20,000 bases of DNA from Rhizaria sp. SCN 62-66 (lineage: Eukaryota): the NCBI GenBank assembly GCA_001724265.1, contig MEDY01000212.1, forward strand, positions 45,152 to 65,151. Reading direction: 5' to 3'. The notes beneath the pieces were generated by a model that saw only the letters and a program-made list of their open reading frames with translations, was not told the origin of the DNA and made no database searches. Position numbers and translations under genes: made by a program. Below, in pieces: positions 10,049 through 19,834 of the stretch (position 1 is the stretch's first letter; each line of letters begins with the position of its first letter).

Positions 10049-12295
10049 TCACTGCATGAGGAAGGCGACGATGCCGGTATCGAAGCCGCAGCCGCCACAG
10101 CCGGCCCGCAGCCCCGCCTCGGCCGCCGGGCGCCCCCAGGGGCCCGCAGCAGAAGGAGCATTGGTACTCGCACCAGCACTAGCATTTGCACTCGAGTAGA
10201 CTGCGGCCACGGCGGGGGCCTGGGCGAACACAGGGGCCAACGCACAGCACCCTTTGTTGCTCTGAGGCAACTGCGACTGCGACTGGGCGTGCGCGTTGTG
10301 CGCTGCGTAGACGGCCCCCAGCAGAGCCCGCGTCCGCGCCGCCGCCGCGGCCACGGCCGGACACGAGCACAGCAGAGCCAACGCAGCGACACCCACCGCA
10401 CCAGGCCCAGACGCAGACGCAGAGTCTGTCGGCAGCCAGAGGGGCGACTGGGGGCCGGCCTTGGCGGCGGCCGCGGCGGCTGCGGCGACGGAGACGGCGT
10501 CAGGCACCTCCGCGATGTGCGCCCCCGCCTCGCAGCCGCAAGCCATGCTGCGACTGCCAGCGCTGGCTTCAGCGGTGTTGTTTGCGATGTGAGTATTACT
10601 CGCGAGTGCGAGTGCTAGGGAGCAGTGGCAGGAGCAGCAGCCGAGCCAGAGCAGAGGCACCGCGCCGTCCGAAGTTAGGCCGCCGCCACCCCGTGTCGCG
10701 GAAGTTAGGCCGCGCGGTTCGAGCACGCCCGTCGGGCACAGCGGGCACTGCGACAGCGCGGCGGCCACGGCGGCGGCGGCGGCGGGCGCGGGGCCCGGGG
10801 CAGCGCTCTCGGCCACGGACAGCAGCGCAGCGGCGTCAGCAGCAGCCTCAGCGGCGGCCGCAGCCCCCGCGGCGGCCTCGGCCTCGGCAGCCACCCACCA
10901 ATCGCAGTCGCTGTCGCCGGTCTGCGCATTGGCGTTCGTGTTAGCTGTGCCATTGTAGTACGCAGCGGCAGCCTCCTCGTCGAATGCTTGTTGCTGCTGC
11001 TGTTGTTGCTGTTGTTGGTTATGCAGCCACTGCTGTTGTTGTTGCCGTTGCTGGCTCTAATCTTCGTCCCGACATGCCTGGCCGACGCCGCCATACGCGG
11101 CAGCAGCACCGCCGCGACTGTACCCGTCGCCGTCGCCGTCGATGGCGGCCGCGACGGCCGACTGGACCTCAGCCAGTTCCTCGCGGAGGCTCTCAGCCAG
11201 CAGCGCGTCCTTCATCGCCAGCATGATGTCCACCATGTCCTCGCTCGTCAGCACGCTGCCAGTGCTGTCAGGGGCGGCGGCGGCGGCGGCGGCGAGACCT
11301 GTGAGGATCAGAGACGAGCCGTCGTCGCACATGCTCCCAGTGTTGTGACCAGACTGCGCCTGCGCCTGTGTCTGTCGGTCCGGCGACGCTCGGGCTGAGG
11401 CCTGCGCCGAGGCAGTGCGGGAGATGGCGGCGACGGCGTTGCGGCGGTACCACTGGAGGAACCACTCCTTGCTGTTGCCGCCGGAGCTGCTGCGCGTCAC
11501 CGCGGCGTTGTGGCGGCTGCTGTCGTCGTCGTCGCCCATCGCGGGGCTGCACGTAGTACCGCCGAGGCTGGTGACGGCGGCGGTGGGGACGCGTGACAGC
11601 ACCGCCGGCAGTCCGAAGCCGGGAAACGACGACGAGGATGAGGACGAGAGCGACGAGGAGGATGAGGGCGTTGTTGTGATGGGAGACGAGCCAGAGCTGG
11701 AGCCGGCGCTGGCACTGGGGCCGAAAATGGAGCCGAAGCTAGCGTTGGTGCTGGCAATAGCCGCAGCGTTGGAGTTAGCGTTGCTGCCGAAAGGGGTCGA
11801 GAAACCTTGCTGTGGAGCTGTACGGGCTGCGTTAGGCGTCATCGGGAACGACGCGATAGTAGCAGCAGCGCCGCTGTTGCTGCTGCTTGTGCTGAGGGCG
11901 GACTGAATGATGCCATGGAAGGCGGAGGCCATGCTGGCAGCGGCGCGACGGGCACTCAAGCGGCCGGCGGGAGCACTGCCACCGCAGCTGCCGGCGTGAA
12001 CGTCGGCGGTGTTGCCGTTCCCGGTGAGCCCCAGACCAAGGCCGAGCACGAGGGCGTTCTCGTTGAAGCAGCTGTCGTCGTCGTCGTCGTCGTCGTTGCC
12101 GTCCTGGCCGTCGCCGTTGCTGGCGTTCGAGCCGCACGAGGAGCCGCGGATGCGGGTAAGGATCTCGGAGCGGTTTGCGCGTACGAGGTCGGCACAACGC
12201 GACATCATGCTCGCCTTAATCGACTCGCGCGTGCTCAAACCACGCGCCTTGGCCGCCGCGAGAGACGCGCCGGGAGACGGGCGGGGACGGAACAT
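10049..12295 (-). CDS. RPAIN: RPA-interacting protein (RPAIN/RIP), ~748 aa with long low-complexity insertions. One in-frame TAG at 11059-11057 (codon 413); ends TGA
   Basis: N-terminal RESIKASMMSRCADLVRANRSEILTRIR (RPA_interact_N-like). Middle LTSEDMVDIMLAMKDALLAESLREE. C-terminal Zn finger CPLC...CSC...LLGAVYAAH...GC...PVF...LRAGCGGCGFDTGIV (RPA_interact_C-like). ORFs 11057..12364 and 10049..10894 share a frame and only the TAG separates them. Confidence 0.8.
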
Positions 12296-13538
12296 GAGCT
12301 GGCGGAATCGACACCACGAGAATGGGAAATAGATGCGAAAATAATGAGCCGTACCGCACAACAAATTGTAAACAATAGCAAATAATCACGGAGAATATGG
12401 AAATAACATCGAAAGCGCCGTTTACGGTCGGTTATACGTTGTGACAAGTGCAAACCAGGGTCTCTAAGCCTTATTAAAAGGGCGCCAACTGAACAAACGG
12501 AAACAGCAGAATAAGCCGGAATCGACGGTTTTACAAACTCAATGGCATGAAATCGGTACGAAACGCACATATAAACGCGTATTTGTTGATTTCTAGAAGG
12601 TCTTTAAGTTTTAACACGCGAGAAAAGCATATACCCAAGAAACCTGCAGACTATCTCGACGCGACAAGATATACACAGGTAAAACCAAGCTCATAACAAA
12701 TAAAATACTGTGAAAGATTTTCAATAAATATTATTAAGCCCATGGAATTTTAATATTATTATTATTACTGCTTAGATTAATATATCTAAAAATTGTATCG
12801 TTTTTTACCATTATAAATAATTGAAAACTGTTGAAACATATATCAATAACATTTTAAATTGTTAGTTTCTTTTGATGCTTCTCTGCCAATGACAGTAAAA
12901 AGCTTTTTTTCTTATTGATCTTGGAGCAAACCAAGGTTCTGACTTGCACAAAAATGTTAAAAACTGTTAATATCAAACAAAACGTTTTAATGTATTTTAA
13001 TTCTATTTAAATAAAATTAAACACTATTACAACTTGATAATAAGATAGTCGTATAATTATAAAATTAAAACAGTATATAATATTATTTAATAATTTATGT
13101 TAAATTTCTTAACTGAATATTTGACTCTCACAGTCAAATCAAAGAGTGTAGCTCTTTAATCAAGAGGTTCGCTTGACGCATGATTAAATATGATGGATAG
13201 CAAGGAGCAGTTACCAATGGTCATAATCACAATGATAGATTTGATTGGGAAATTTTGTATTACAGTGTACGTATATGATAAGTTTGTAACAGGTTAGTTT
13301 TTTGATTCTGGGCTCATCACCACAGAAAGACAACATTCGGCAAGTCCGAAGCAACGCAAATCCGACATTATTAAAATCTCCTAAGACGTTGCCCACGACA
13401 CATATTTAGCTTCATAAAAACTAAAACTCGAATTTAATTTTAACAAATTTTGTTCGTATCTCGTATATTTTTATGAGATGACCTTACTCACTCCGCAGTG
13501 GTGTAAGAGTACTTGTTATCGCTAGAGGGCTGATTTGC

Positions 13539-16500
13539 CTAATCGGACTCAGACTTCTTGTTGGAGTCATCGTCATCATCCTTGGCAGCGGCAGCCTCCT
13601 CCTCAGCCTTCTTGGCAGCGGCAGCCTCCTCCTCAGCCTGCTTCGCAGCAGCAGCCTCCTCCTCAGCCTTCTTGGCAGCGGCAGCCTCCTCCTCAGCCTG
13701 CTTCGCAGCAGCAGCCTCCTCCTCAGCCTTCTTGGCGGCAGCGGCAGCAGCGGCAGCCGGCAGCAGCGGCAGCTTCCTCCTCGGCCTTCTTGGCGGCGGC
13801 GGCCTCAGCAGCGGCCTTGGCCTCAGCCTTAGCCTTAGCGGCGGCAGCCTCCTCCTCAGCCTTGATGCGAGCAGCCTCAGCCTCCGCAGCAGCCTTAGCC
13901 TCAGCAGCAGCCTTAGCCTTAGCCTCGGCCTCAGCCTTGGCCTTGGCGGCGGCAGCCTCCTCCTCAGCAGCGGCCTCGGCAGCCGCCTTGGCCTCGGCCT
14001 CGGCCTTGGCCTTGGCGGCCTGCTTGCGCTTCTGGCTGTTGCCGGCCTGGCCCGCCTCGGGGAACTCGTCCGCGTCCACCTTGACGTTGGCCACTCTCTC
14101 GTCAGCGCTAGCGCCAGCAGGAGCCTTGGGGTGGGCGTGAGCGTTAGAGTGCGCCGCGGGGGCGGCAGCGGCGAGGCCGTGGGCCTGGCGCATGATGCCG
14201 GCCCAGCCGCCGGGGGCCGCCGCGGCCTTGGTGGCGGGAACCACAGGCGCAGCAGCAGCAGCAGCAGCGGCGGCGGCCTTCTTGCCCTTGGGCTGCTGCT
14301 GCTGCTGCTGCTTAGGCTCAGCGGCAGAGGCAGCAGCGGCAGCGGGAGCAGCCGCCTCGGCGGCCGCCTTCTGGTTCTTCTTGTTGTTGCCATGAGTGTT
14401 CTCCTTCTTCTCAGTCGTCGTCGTCGTGGCAGCAGCAGAAGCAGCCTTGGCCTCAGCGGCGGCGGCAGCGGCGGCCTTCTTGTCGGCCGCAGCGGCGGCA
14501 GCGGCCTTCTTGTCGGCGTCAGCGGCCTTCTTGTCGGCGTCAGCGGCGGCGGCCTTGGAGGCCATCTCGTGCTGCCGGCGCTCGCGCTCCTTGTCGGCGG
14601 CGGCGGCGCGGTCCGCGGCGGCCTTGTTGGCGGCGGCCTGCGCGTCCGCGAGCGCCTTCTGCTCCGCGGCCGCGGCCTCGCGCGTGCTCTTGGCGGCGAG
14701 CGCCTGCTGGCGCTGCACAGCTGTCGCGGCGAGTCGGCGCACGACGGCCACGTCGATGGGGAAGGCCTTGGCGTCGAGGTCGGCCAGCAGCGCCGTGAAG
14801 GCCGCGAGCGACAGCGCGTCGGGGTCGCAGCGCCGCAGCACGCGCTCCAGGTATTGGCCCACCTGCGTGGCCAGCACGTGCAGCTCCTTGGCGTCGGCCG
14901 CGGCCTGCTCAGCCATCTGAGTCTCGAGCGCCAGGTGCTGCGACACGACCGAGGCCGGCAGTGACAGCGCGCGCGCGCGGGCCTGCTCCTGGCGCGCCTG
15001 CAGCGCCGCCGCGCGGCAGCCCGCGACGCGCTCGGCGAGGAACTCGTGCAGCCGCTGCGCCGACGCCAGGTGCGCGCGCAGGGCCGGGAAGAAGCCCGCG
15101 CGCTCGGCGGCGGCGGCGGTGGCGGCCTTGGCGCCCAGCTCCTGCAGGCGCAGCGCGAGCCGCTGGTAGAGAGCGATCGTGAGCCCGTGGAGCGCGTCGC
15201 CGGTCGCCTTGTCGGCGGCCAGCGCGGCGGCCGCGGCCGAGGTGTCGGCCTGGCGCGCGGAGACGTCGCCGCGCAGCGCCGCGTAGCGCGTGCGCACGGC
15301 CTCGGCGCGCGCCGCGGCCTCGCCGAGCTGGGCCTCGGCCGTGGCCAGCTCGACCTCGGCGCGCTTGAGCTGCGCCTCGAGCAGGCGCTTGCGCTCGCGC
15401 GCGTCGTCGCGCTTGGCCGTCAGCTCGGCCACGCGCGCGGCGTGCGGCGCCAGGTCGCGCTGCTGCAGCGCCTCCAGCTCGGCCGCCTTGGTCGAGGAGC
15501 CAGAGGCGAGCGCGGCGGCGCGGTCCAGCTTGGCCTGCGCCTGCGCCAGCTCGCGGCACACGCCCGTCTCGAGCAGGTGGAACGCCAGCTGCACGTCGTG
15601 CTCGTGCTTCGGCCGCTCCTGCAGCGCAGACAGCAGCGGCGCTAGCGCTGAGCTGGCCCTGGTCAGCGCCGCCGCAGAGGCCTTGTTGGCGTCCTGCAGC
15701 ACGCGAAGCGGGTCGCTGCCCGCGGTGGCGGTCGCAGCGCCCGCGGGGCCGGCGCTGGCGGCGATGTTCTGGGAGCCCCAGGGGCCCTGCGGCGCGAGGG
15801 GGGCCGCGGCGGCCGCGGCGGCGGCGGACGCGGCGGGCACGGCCTGCTTGGCGGCGAGCGCGCTGCCCAGCCCGGCGACGTGGACCGACGCCTCGCGCTG
15901 CGCGGCGAGCAGCTTGCGCACGAGCGCGGCGTAGCCCGCGGCGGCGGGCGCGGCGGCCAGCGGCTTGCCCAGCAGCACGAGCTGATCCAGCAGCCACGTC
16001 GCCTGCGCCAGCTCGCTGCCGAGCACGTTGGCGATGAGGCGCGCGAGGTTGGCCTTGGCGGTCAGGACGACGCCTGCGTGGCCGGGTGCGGCGCGCGCGG
16101 CGGGGTCAGCGCAGAGGCGGGTGAGGAAGGCCAGCGCGAGGTCGTCGAGCGCGGGCGACGACGCCAGCGCGGTCGCGATCGGCGTCGGCGCGCCCGCGGC
16201 TGCTGCGGCGGCCTGTTGGAGCTTGAGCGTCCACGTGCGGGGCAGTTCCGGGTCCGCGCGGGGGTCCCAGGCCTTAGCCGCGGCCTCCAGGGAGAAAATG
16301 TCGCTGAAGTCGGCGGGCGCGGCCACCGCAGGCAGAACGACAGCAGCAGCGGGCTTGGGGGCAGCAGCAGCGGCGGGGGCGGGGGCGGCAGCGGGCTTGG
16401 CAGCAGCGGGGGCGGCGGGGGTCTCGTCGTCGGGGATGCCGCGGATGCCGTTGTCGATAATGCGGGGGCCGTTGTTGTTGTTCTCGCCGTCCTTCTTGCC

Positions 16501-17178
16501 GCGGCGGCGGGCAGCCTTGCCACCAGCAGCAGCGGCGGCGGCGGGAGTAGCAGCAGCGCTCTCGTCGTCGTCAGGGATGAAGGCGACGGGGCCCGGCGCG
16601 GAGCCGGCCTTAAGGGCCGAGGCCGGCGCGGCGGCCTCGGCGAGCCCGGACTGGAGCGTCTTAAGCATGAGCGGGAGCGTAACGAGCCCCGAGGCCGATG
16701 AGGACAGGAGGCTGTAAGCCATCTCAATGTCGTCGCGGCTGTAGTCATCCGCGAACAGCACGCGGCACGCCTCGATGGTCAGCGCGCGCGTCGCGGGCTG
16801 CGCGGGCTTCTCGCCGCCAAAACTCACCTTGCTGCGGAGGAGACAAGCGGAGTTAGTTGTGAGGCGCACGAAGCAAGACAGTGAGGGACGGGGACGCGGA
16901 CAGGCAGTTGGGCGTTTGAGGTCGAGGTTAGGAAGTCAAGAAAAGATATGGAGTGATAGAGCATATGTAAAGAGATAAATAGGTGAGTCTGGGATATTTC
17001 CGAGTGCTCTTAAGTCAATAGTTAGATAAGAGTGCCTGTTTGTGCGGAGTACAGCGCGTGGCATGCGCTAGTGAGAAAGGCAAGAGTCGGCAAACGGGGG
17101 GATTTGGCGAGAGACGTACACAGCCTTCTTCTGGCCCTGGTGAACAGAGCCCTGGGAAGCAACCTGAGCGCTAGACAT
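13539..17178 (-). CDS. Large Ala-rich coiled-coil protein of unknown function (~1116 aa). Exons 17178-17120 and 16831-13539, with an apparent 1-nt insertion at ~13758. Ends at TAG 13541-13539, or TGA 13490-13488 if TAG is sense
   Basis: 1048-codon ORF with strong GC3 bias. Exon 1 MSSAQVASQGSVHQGQKKAV joins in phase 2 to KVSFGGEK. Long heptad-like helices (e.g. RVAELTAKRDDARERKRLLEAQLKRAEVELATAEAQL). The E/K/A repeat tail continues in the frame of ORF 13539..14393. Confidence 0.8.
13581..13736 (-). repeat. Coding tandem repeat: five 30-nt units encoding K[K/Q]AEEEAAAA, with an exact 60-nt higher-order duplication
   Basis: Unit ctt(g/c)gcagc(g/a)gcagcctcctcctcagcct(t/g). 13611-13670 is identical to 13671-13730. 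Degenerate copies extend to ~14010. Confidence 0.95.
16832..17119 (-). other. Spliceosomal intron (288 nt, phase 2) in the coiled-coil gene
   Basis: GTACGT donor at 17119, branch-point-like CTAAC at ~16855, and pyrimidine tract TCCGCTTGTCTCCTCCGCAG acceptor. The join GT+C (Val) keeps the frame. Confidence 0.85.
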
Positions 17179-17844
17179 CTTCCCTCTGTGGGGCAACACA
17201 AAGCAAGAGAAAAGCGAACGAATGATGAGCACACGGTGCGGAACAACGGCAAAGAGAGAGGCACCGCAGTGGGGGAACGCGTCCAAGGCAACGAAAGTGC
17301 TGACACGGCAATTTTGAGCTGTGCGGGACACCAAGAGCAACGCACACGCGCGTGTAAACAAAATAAATACACACCCAGGCCATGCAACAGCGCTATCCAG
17401 ATATAAATATCACCCGCAGTGTCATGTTTCACGCCGCAATGGCTTCTGCCAATGGTCCTCGTTGTGGGCTCAAATCTGTCGCCTCAGTAGGCCAGACCTG
17501 CTAGAGCCAAGCAGAGACGGCTAACTTTCCATCGGCCAGGAGCCCACAGTCTCACCAGTCTGAGTCCAACGGGTCGCTAGCTCGTCCGACGAGAGAAGAA
17601 GAAGAAGCTTGTTGTTCTCGGTGAAGGCTACGCACAAGGGGTTCGAGTGGGTATATAGACGCCGTCAAATGTTATTGTAACGACATAACCGAGTTGTTTT
17701 GTACTTTCTATTATATTTTCTCTTTTGTTTTCTCTCCACGTGACTTCCCTGCCCCATTCTATTCCCGATTCTCACCCCGTCTCGCTTCCCCTCTCTTCGC
17801 CCTCCGCGTGGTGTCCCCTTTTTGTCTTGCAGCCTCGAGCACTG
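17179..17844. promoter_or_regulatory. Short divergent intergenic region between the coiled-coil gene and RRP15 (probable bidirectional promoter plus 5' leaders)
   Basis: Head-to-head start codons ~670 bp apart, with an acceptor-like pyrimidine tract facing outward on each strand. No specific promoter motif proven. Confidence 0.4.
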
Positions 17845-18978
17845 ATGAACAAGCGCAAGGGCGACCATAGCAAGTCCTCCGGCGGCGTCGTCTCGTTCGC
17901 CGACGACGCCGCGGACCCGTCCCCCTCGGCCGACTCCTACGGCGGCGCCTCCAAGGGCTCGGCCGGCACAGGCACCAAGAAGTCCCGCCCCGCCGCCGAC
18001 CCCGCTAAGGGCTTCGGCGCCGCGCTCGCCGCCATGATCAGCATCCCCACGCCCGCGCCCGCCGCTACCGCTGCCGCTGCCGCTGCTGCTGCTACCGCTA
18101 AGCCCGTTGCTGCTACCAAGCCCGCTGCTGCGCCGCAGTCTGCCGCGCGCGCCGCCTTCGCTGCCGACAAGCACATCAAGCACGCCGAGCGCCTCTCCAA
18201 GAAGGAGGCCGCTGCTGCCAGCGCCGACGCTAACGCTGACGACGCCGCTGCACCCGCGAGCATCGCCTCTGCTGCTGCGGCCGCTGCGATGGACGCGAAG
18301 CTGAGCTCGAAGCTGCAGCGGCGGCTGGCGCGCTCGGGCGTCGCGCTGCCGGGCGCGGCGGTGCCCGCAGCCGTGATCGCGCGCGCCGAGGCCGAGGCCG
18401 CCAAGGCGCTGGCCGAGGCGCAGGCGCGCGTGCGCGAGCGGCAGCGCCGCCGCCAGCGCCGCCTGCTGCTGAGCAAGGACCACATGACCGCTGACTTCAC
18501 GGACCTAGAGCGGCGGCTGCTGCGGGTGGCAACCAAGGGCGTGGTGACGCTCTTCAACGTGGTCGCGCAGCAGCAGAAGGATCTCAGCTCGCTCGAGGCC
18601 GCGGGCTCGGGCACGGCTGAGGGCATCAAAGATAAAGCGACGAAGCACCTCTCGCAGGACGGGTTCGTTGACCTGCTCAAGAAGCAGTCCGCCGCCGCCG
18701 CCGCCACCGCCGCGGCCGCCGCGGCCGCCGCCAAGAAGAAGAAGTCCACGTCCAACGGCAGCGACGACGACGACGACAGCGACAAGAGTGGCAGCGGTGA
18801 CGACGATGATGACGACGATAAGAAGGCCAAGGCCAAGAAGGGCGACGTGTCCGCGAGCAGCAAGGCAGCCGCGGCGGGGCTAAAGTGGAAGGCGCTGGAC
18901 GAAGGGTACCTCCTGGGCAAGAACAAGATGAAGGACTGGGAGGCCACCGACTCGTCCGAGGACGAGGGCTCCGACTGA
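17845..18978 (+). CDS. RRP15: Ribosomal RNA-processing protein 15 (60S biogenesis), ~377 aa; ends TGA
   Basis: Rrp15 signature ERRLLRVATKGVVTLFNVVAQQQK, then LSQDGFVDLLKK and the C-terminal WKALDEGYLLGKNKMKDWE acidic tail. The first ATG after the pyrimidine tract and CAG (17830-17832) is 17845; an upstream coding exon is not excluded. Confidence 0.92.
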   Translation: MNKRKGDHSKSSGGVVSFADDAADPSPSADSYGGASKGSAGTGTKKSRPAADPAKGFGAALAAMISIPTPAPAATAAAAAAAATAKPVAATKPAAAPQSAARAAFAADKHIKHAERLSKKEAAAASADANADDAAAPASIASAAAAAAMDAKLSSKLQRRLARSGVALPGAAVPAAVIARAEAEAAKALAEAQARVRERQRRRQRRLLLSKDHMTADFTDLERRLLRVATKGVVTLFNVVAQQQKDLSSLEAAGSGTAEGIKDKATKHLSQDGFVDLLKKQSAAAAATAAAAAAAAKKKKSTSNGSDDDDDSDKSGSGDDDDDDDKKAKAKKGDVSASSKAAAAGLKWKALDEGYLLGKNKMKDWEATDSSEDEGSD

Positions 18979-19834
18979 GCGAGTAAGCTTGCGACGCCGC
19001 GCGGACCGTGGGCTGCTACAGATGCCAGTGTGACCGTGAGTTTATCTGCTGCTGCTGCAGAGTCATAACAGTGTCTCAGTCTGATGGGAGACGACAACGA
19101 CAAAAACGGGATATTGGAGGGCCAGGGGCTGATATTAATAGATACTATAACACGTTTTATGTAATTTTATTGGGTCATTCAATGACGATGCTATTCAAGT
19201 TTACATGAGTAAGTTGCGGATTGTGTTGCGCATAGATAGTTTTAAGAATGAAGTAATTATTTACGTATCAGTTGTTTCGTTTAAGATAGTTTTGTATTTG
19301 CGTTATGAAGGCGAGTGAGCAGCAAGCAGGCGAACACGCGCTATAGCGACAACGATAACAGTACAACGTAATTGTAAGAGCATTACAGCAACAACTGAGC
19401 ATCAACAGTCACAGCTGAGTAACAATAGACACACGTAAGCAAGACACTGAGACAACTGAGACTGAAACAGAAAGCTCAATATAAAGCTACACCAGTCCTC
19501 AGAGTGACAACGGTGATACAGAGTATGTTCATTGCATCCTGAGGACACAACAGCAACGCTGAGAGTCACTTCTAGTCAGCAGCTACTTGAAGCAGCTGCT
19601 GCGTGGCTAAGTTGGGTCAATACATCACATAGCGTTTCAAGTATAGTCTGTCGACAAATCAGGGACCCCACTCGTCCGTCTAGCAAGCTAGACTGGACTC
19701 GCTGGAGTCGTTTCGAGGCTGTTTCACGCCAGCAGAGTCGGCTCAAATGAGGAGCAGAGGTTCGGATGTGTGGTTAGAGGTTGAAGTTGTATTGATTGAG
19801 GTTGTTTTCGCGCGGGGACGCAGGCGTGACGCAC

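Noticed and set aside
10671-10713. Direct repeat GAAGTTAGGCCGC x2
   Set aside because: A small in-frame duplication (GLTS twice) within an RPAIN low-complexity insert; no sign of a mobile element.
13581-14010. The 30-nt repeats as a CRISPR array, or the protein as bacterial TolA
   Set aside because: There are no unique spacers, the repeats are in-frame coding units, and the gene has a spliceosomal intron; the TolA resemblance is compositional only.
13535-16717. Plus-strand ORFs (e.g. 13558..14964, Gly/Leu/Ser-rich) opposite the coiled-coil gene
   Set aside because: Antisense translations of Ala/Lys/Glu codon repeats.
17424-17690. Plus-strand frames upstream of RRP15 that stay open only if TAG is sense (possible extra coding exon)
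   Set aside because: No homology, atypical codon use and an uncertain donor; not counted as evidence for recoding.
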